DNA of 64,000 nucleotides from Escherichia phage L27: sequence record LC473039.1; one strand, 5' to 3'. Shown piece by piece: positions 62,144 to 64,000 of this stretch (position 1 is its first letter; each line of letters starts with the position of its first letter). The notes under the pieces were generated by a model. It saw only the letters and a program-made list of their open reading frames with translations, ran no database searches and was not told where the DNA came from. The position numbers and the translations under genes were made by a program.

Positions 62144-63331
62144 ATGGCGGTAGGTGAAATTCAAATTAGTGCCTTGCCTCAAGCAGCCTTACCAATTGAC
62201 CTTAGTGATATCTTCCATCTTAAGCAGGGTATTGAGGATAAGAGATGTACTCTTGAGCAATTACTTGCTCCACACTCAAGCCTAAGAAATAACCCTCATG
62301 GTGTTACTAAAACACAAATTGGTTTAGATAACGTCATCAATGCTCTTCAGTTAGTTGCTGCAAATAACTTATCAGACGTTACTAATGTAGCTCAGGCAAG
62401 AGCAAATCTACAGATTATGTCTTCAGAAGAGGTTAATAATCTTGTTCAACAGCATATTCAGGACAAGAGCAACCCACACAATACAACTAAGGCACAGGTA
62501 GGGTTGAGCAATGTCCAGAACTGGACAACATCGAACCTTTATAACGAAGATGCAGACAAGTACGCTACAGCAAGAGCAGTAAATAACTTGTACAAGGCTG
62601 TTCAGGCTTCCTATCCAGTAGGTACTATCCATCTTTCCATGAACTCTGCAAACCCTTCTACGTATTTAATTTGTGGAGGAACTTGGGAGTTAGTTTCAAA
62701 AGGTAGGGCATTGGTTGGTTATGACTCTGACACAAGACCAGCAGGCTCTGTATTTGGTGCTTCAACTGTCACTTTGTCAGTTAATAACATGCCACAACAC
62801 TCACACTCTGTGTCTCTTAGTGGTGGTGGTCATGCTCATAATGCAACTGTGTCAATTTCAGCTTTTGACTATGGAACTAAGACTACCAACTCTTTTGACT
62901 ATGGAACTAAGACCACTAACACAACTGGTAACCATAACCATGTTGGTAGTGGGTCAACAAGTTCTGCTGGTGCTCATAACCACAGATTGACCTATGAATC
63001 AGGTGGTGGTTTATCGGAAAGACCTGCAATGGTTTGGTCTTCAAGGAATGACCAATCATGGTACTCAGCAGATGCTGTCTGTGAAGTAGCTGGTGCACAC
63101 ACTCACTCTTTCAGTGTTACCACTAACACAACTGGTAACCACAACCATACGGTTGGTATTGGTGCTCACAGCCACACAGTTGGTATTGGTTCACATACAC
63201 ACAATGGTACTGTAACAGTTTCTTCTTCTGAGCATACGCATAGCGGGAACACTAATAGTGTTGGTGGTGGACAAGCTTTCAACATTGAGCAGCCATCCTT
63301 TGTACTGTATGTATGGCAGAGAACAGCTTAA
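62144..63331 (+). CDS. tail fibre / receptor-binding protein with HxH repeat tip domain
   Basis: C-terminal HSHSVS, GHAHNAT, NHNHVGSG, AHNH, HTHSFS, NHNHTVGIGAHSHTVGIGSHTHNG, HTHSGN repeats; tandem duplication FDYGTKTTN x2. Confidence 0.6.
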   Translation: MAVGEIQISALPQAALPIDLSDIFHLKQGIEDKRCTLEQLLAPHSSLRNNPHGVTKTQIGLDNVINALQLVAANNLSDVTNVAQARANLQIMSSEEVNNLVQQHIQDKSNPHNTTKAQVGLSNVQNWTTSNLYNEDADKYATARAVNNLYKAVQASYPVGTIHLSMNSANPSTYLICGGTWELVSKGRALVGYDSDTRPAGSVFGASTVTLSVNNMPQHSHSVSLSGGGHAHNATVSISAFDYGTKTTNSFDYGTKTTNTTGNHNHVGSGSTSSAGAHNHRLTYESGGGLSERPAMVWSSRNDQSWYSADAVCEVAGAHTHSFSVTTNTTGNHNHTVGIGAHSHTVGIGSHTHNGTVTVSSSEHTHSGNTNSVGGGQAFNIEQPSFVLYVWQRTA

Positions 63332-63340
63332 TTTCTTTAC

Positions 63341-63362
63341 AGGGGCTTTGTAGCCCCTTTTA
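63341..63362 (+). terminator. hairpin terminator after tail fibre gene
   Basis: AGGGGCT-TTGT-AGCCCCT + TTTTAAG. Confidence 0.5.
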
Positions 63363-63377
63363 AGAGGAAAATTTATA

Positions 63378-64000
63378 ATGGTAGATTACAAGTTGAGTGA
63401 ATTAAACTCGATTGACACAATTCGTTCAGATGACCTTCTCCATGTCAGAGTTAAAAAGAGACCTGAGATGTTGGGTGATGAAGACCGTCGAATGACCTAT
63501 CAAGACTTCTTAGCATCTTTTAAACTTGAAAGATTTGTTCAGATTGCTGGTAGTACTATGACGGGTGACTTAGGGATTGTTAAGTTACTTTATGGTGGTA
63601 AGGCAGTCTTTGACCCAACAGGCTCTTCTGAGATTACTGTTGGGGATGTTTTAAAGACTTTTAAAATTAACGCAAATGGCCTTAAACTAACTATTGCAGA
63701 TGCTTCAAGGTCGGCAACTGTTTATCATACTCTGAATAAGCCAAGCCCTAATGAACTTGGGATGAGAACTAATGAAGAGAATGATGCAAGATACGCAAGG
63801 CTTGCTGTTACAAATAACTTCAGCCTTAGGCAAGCAATTGTAACTGATGGTGAGCAGTTAACCCTTAAGAAAACAACCAATGCAGGTGCTTCATATATTC
63901 AAGGTAGGGATGCTAATAACCAGCAAACTTGGTATGTTGGACAAGGAAATGCAAGCAATACTAATGTTTATTTGTACAATCATGCTACTGGCTCAATGTT
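63378..64000 (+). CDS. second tail fibre protein (3-prime partial, runs off window)
   Basis: ATG 63378 behind AAGAGGAAA; open to window end. Confidence 0.5.
   Translation, partial: MVDYKLSELNSIDTIRSDDLLHVRVKKRPEMLGDEDRRMTYQDFLASFKLERFVQIAGSTMTGDLGIVKLLYGGKAVFDPTGSSEITVGDVLKTFKINANGLKLTIADASRSATVYHTLNKPSPNELGMRTNEENDARYARLAVTNNFSLRQAIVTDGEQLTLKKTTNAGASYIQGRDANNQQTWYVGQGNASNTNVYLYNHATGSM

Overview
This window reads as a contiguous segment of a virulent tailed dsDNA phage genome, AT-rich and densely coding, with contractile-tail (myovirus) structural genes. The gene content (rIIA/rIIB, Prs-like plus NAMPT-like pair, a large tRNA cluster with HNH endonucleases) resembles Felix O1-like or T4/T5-like lytic coliphages, but that is from memory and no search was run. 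Order along the + strand: (1) nucleotide metabolism: nrdA (5-prime partial), nrdB, glutaredoxin, nrdD split by a 316-nt group I intron, nrdG; (2) a Prs-like plus NAMPT-like pair (candidate NAD+ reconstitution / anti-defence module); (3) rIIA and rIIB; (4) a lytic transglycosylase, an overlapping spanin-like pair and a macro-domain protein; (5) about 14 small early genes, each behind one of two families of conserved hairpin-containing leader cassettes; (6) about 1.7 kb of repeat-rich non-coding DNA between convergent terminators; (7) a minus-strand block (27.7-34.4 kb) including a GH24 endolysin; (8) a cluster of about 26 tRNA genes with two HNH endonuclease genes; (9) a lambda-like head module and a P2-like contractile tail and baseplate module ending in HxH-repeat tail fibres. 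All calls come from reading the sequence and ORF track by eye; tRNA boundaries and anticodons were folded by hand and are approximate, and several ORF starts were moved to the first ATG behind a Shine-Dalgarno. The strongest candidates for follow-up are the NAD+ module, the macro-domain protein, the small-gene cassette array, the large non-coding repeat region and the nrdD intron.
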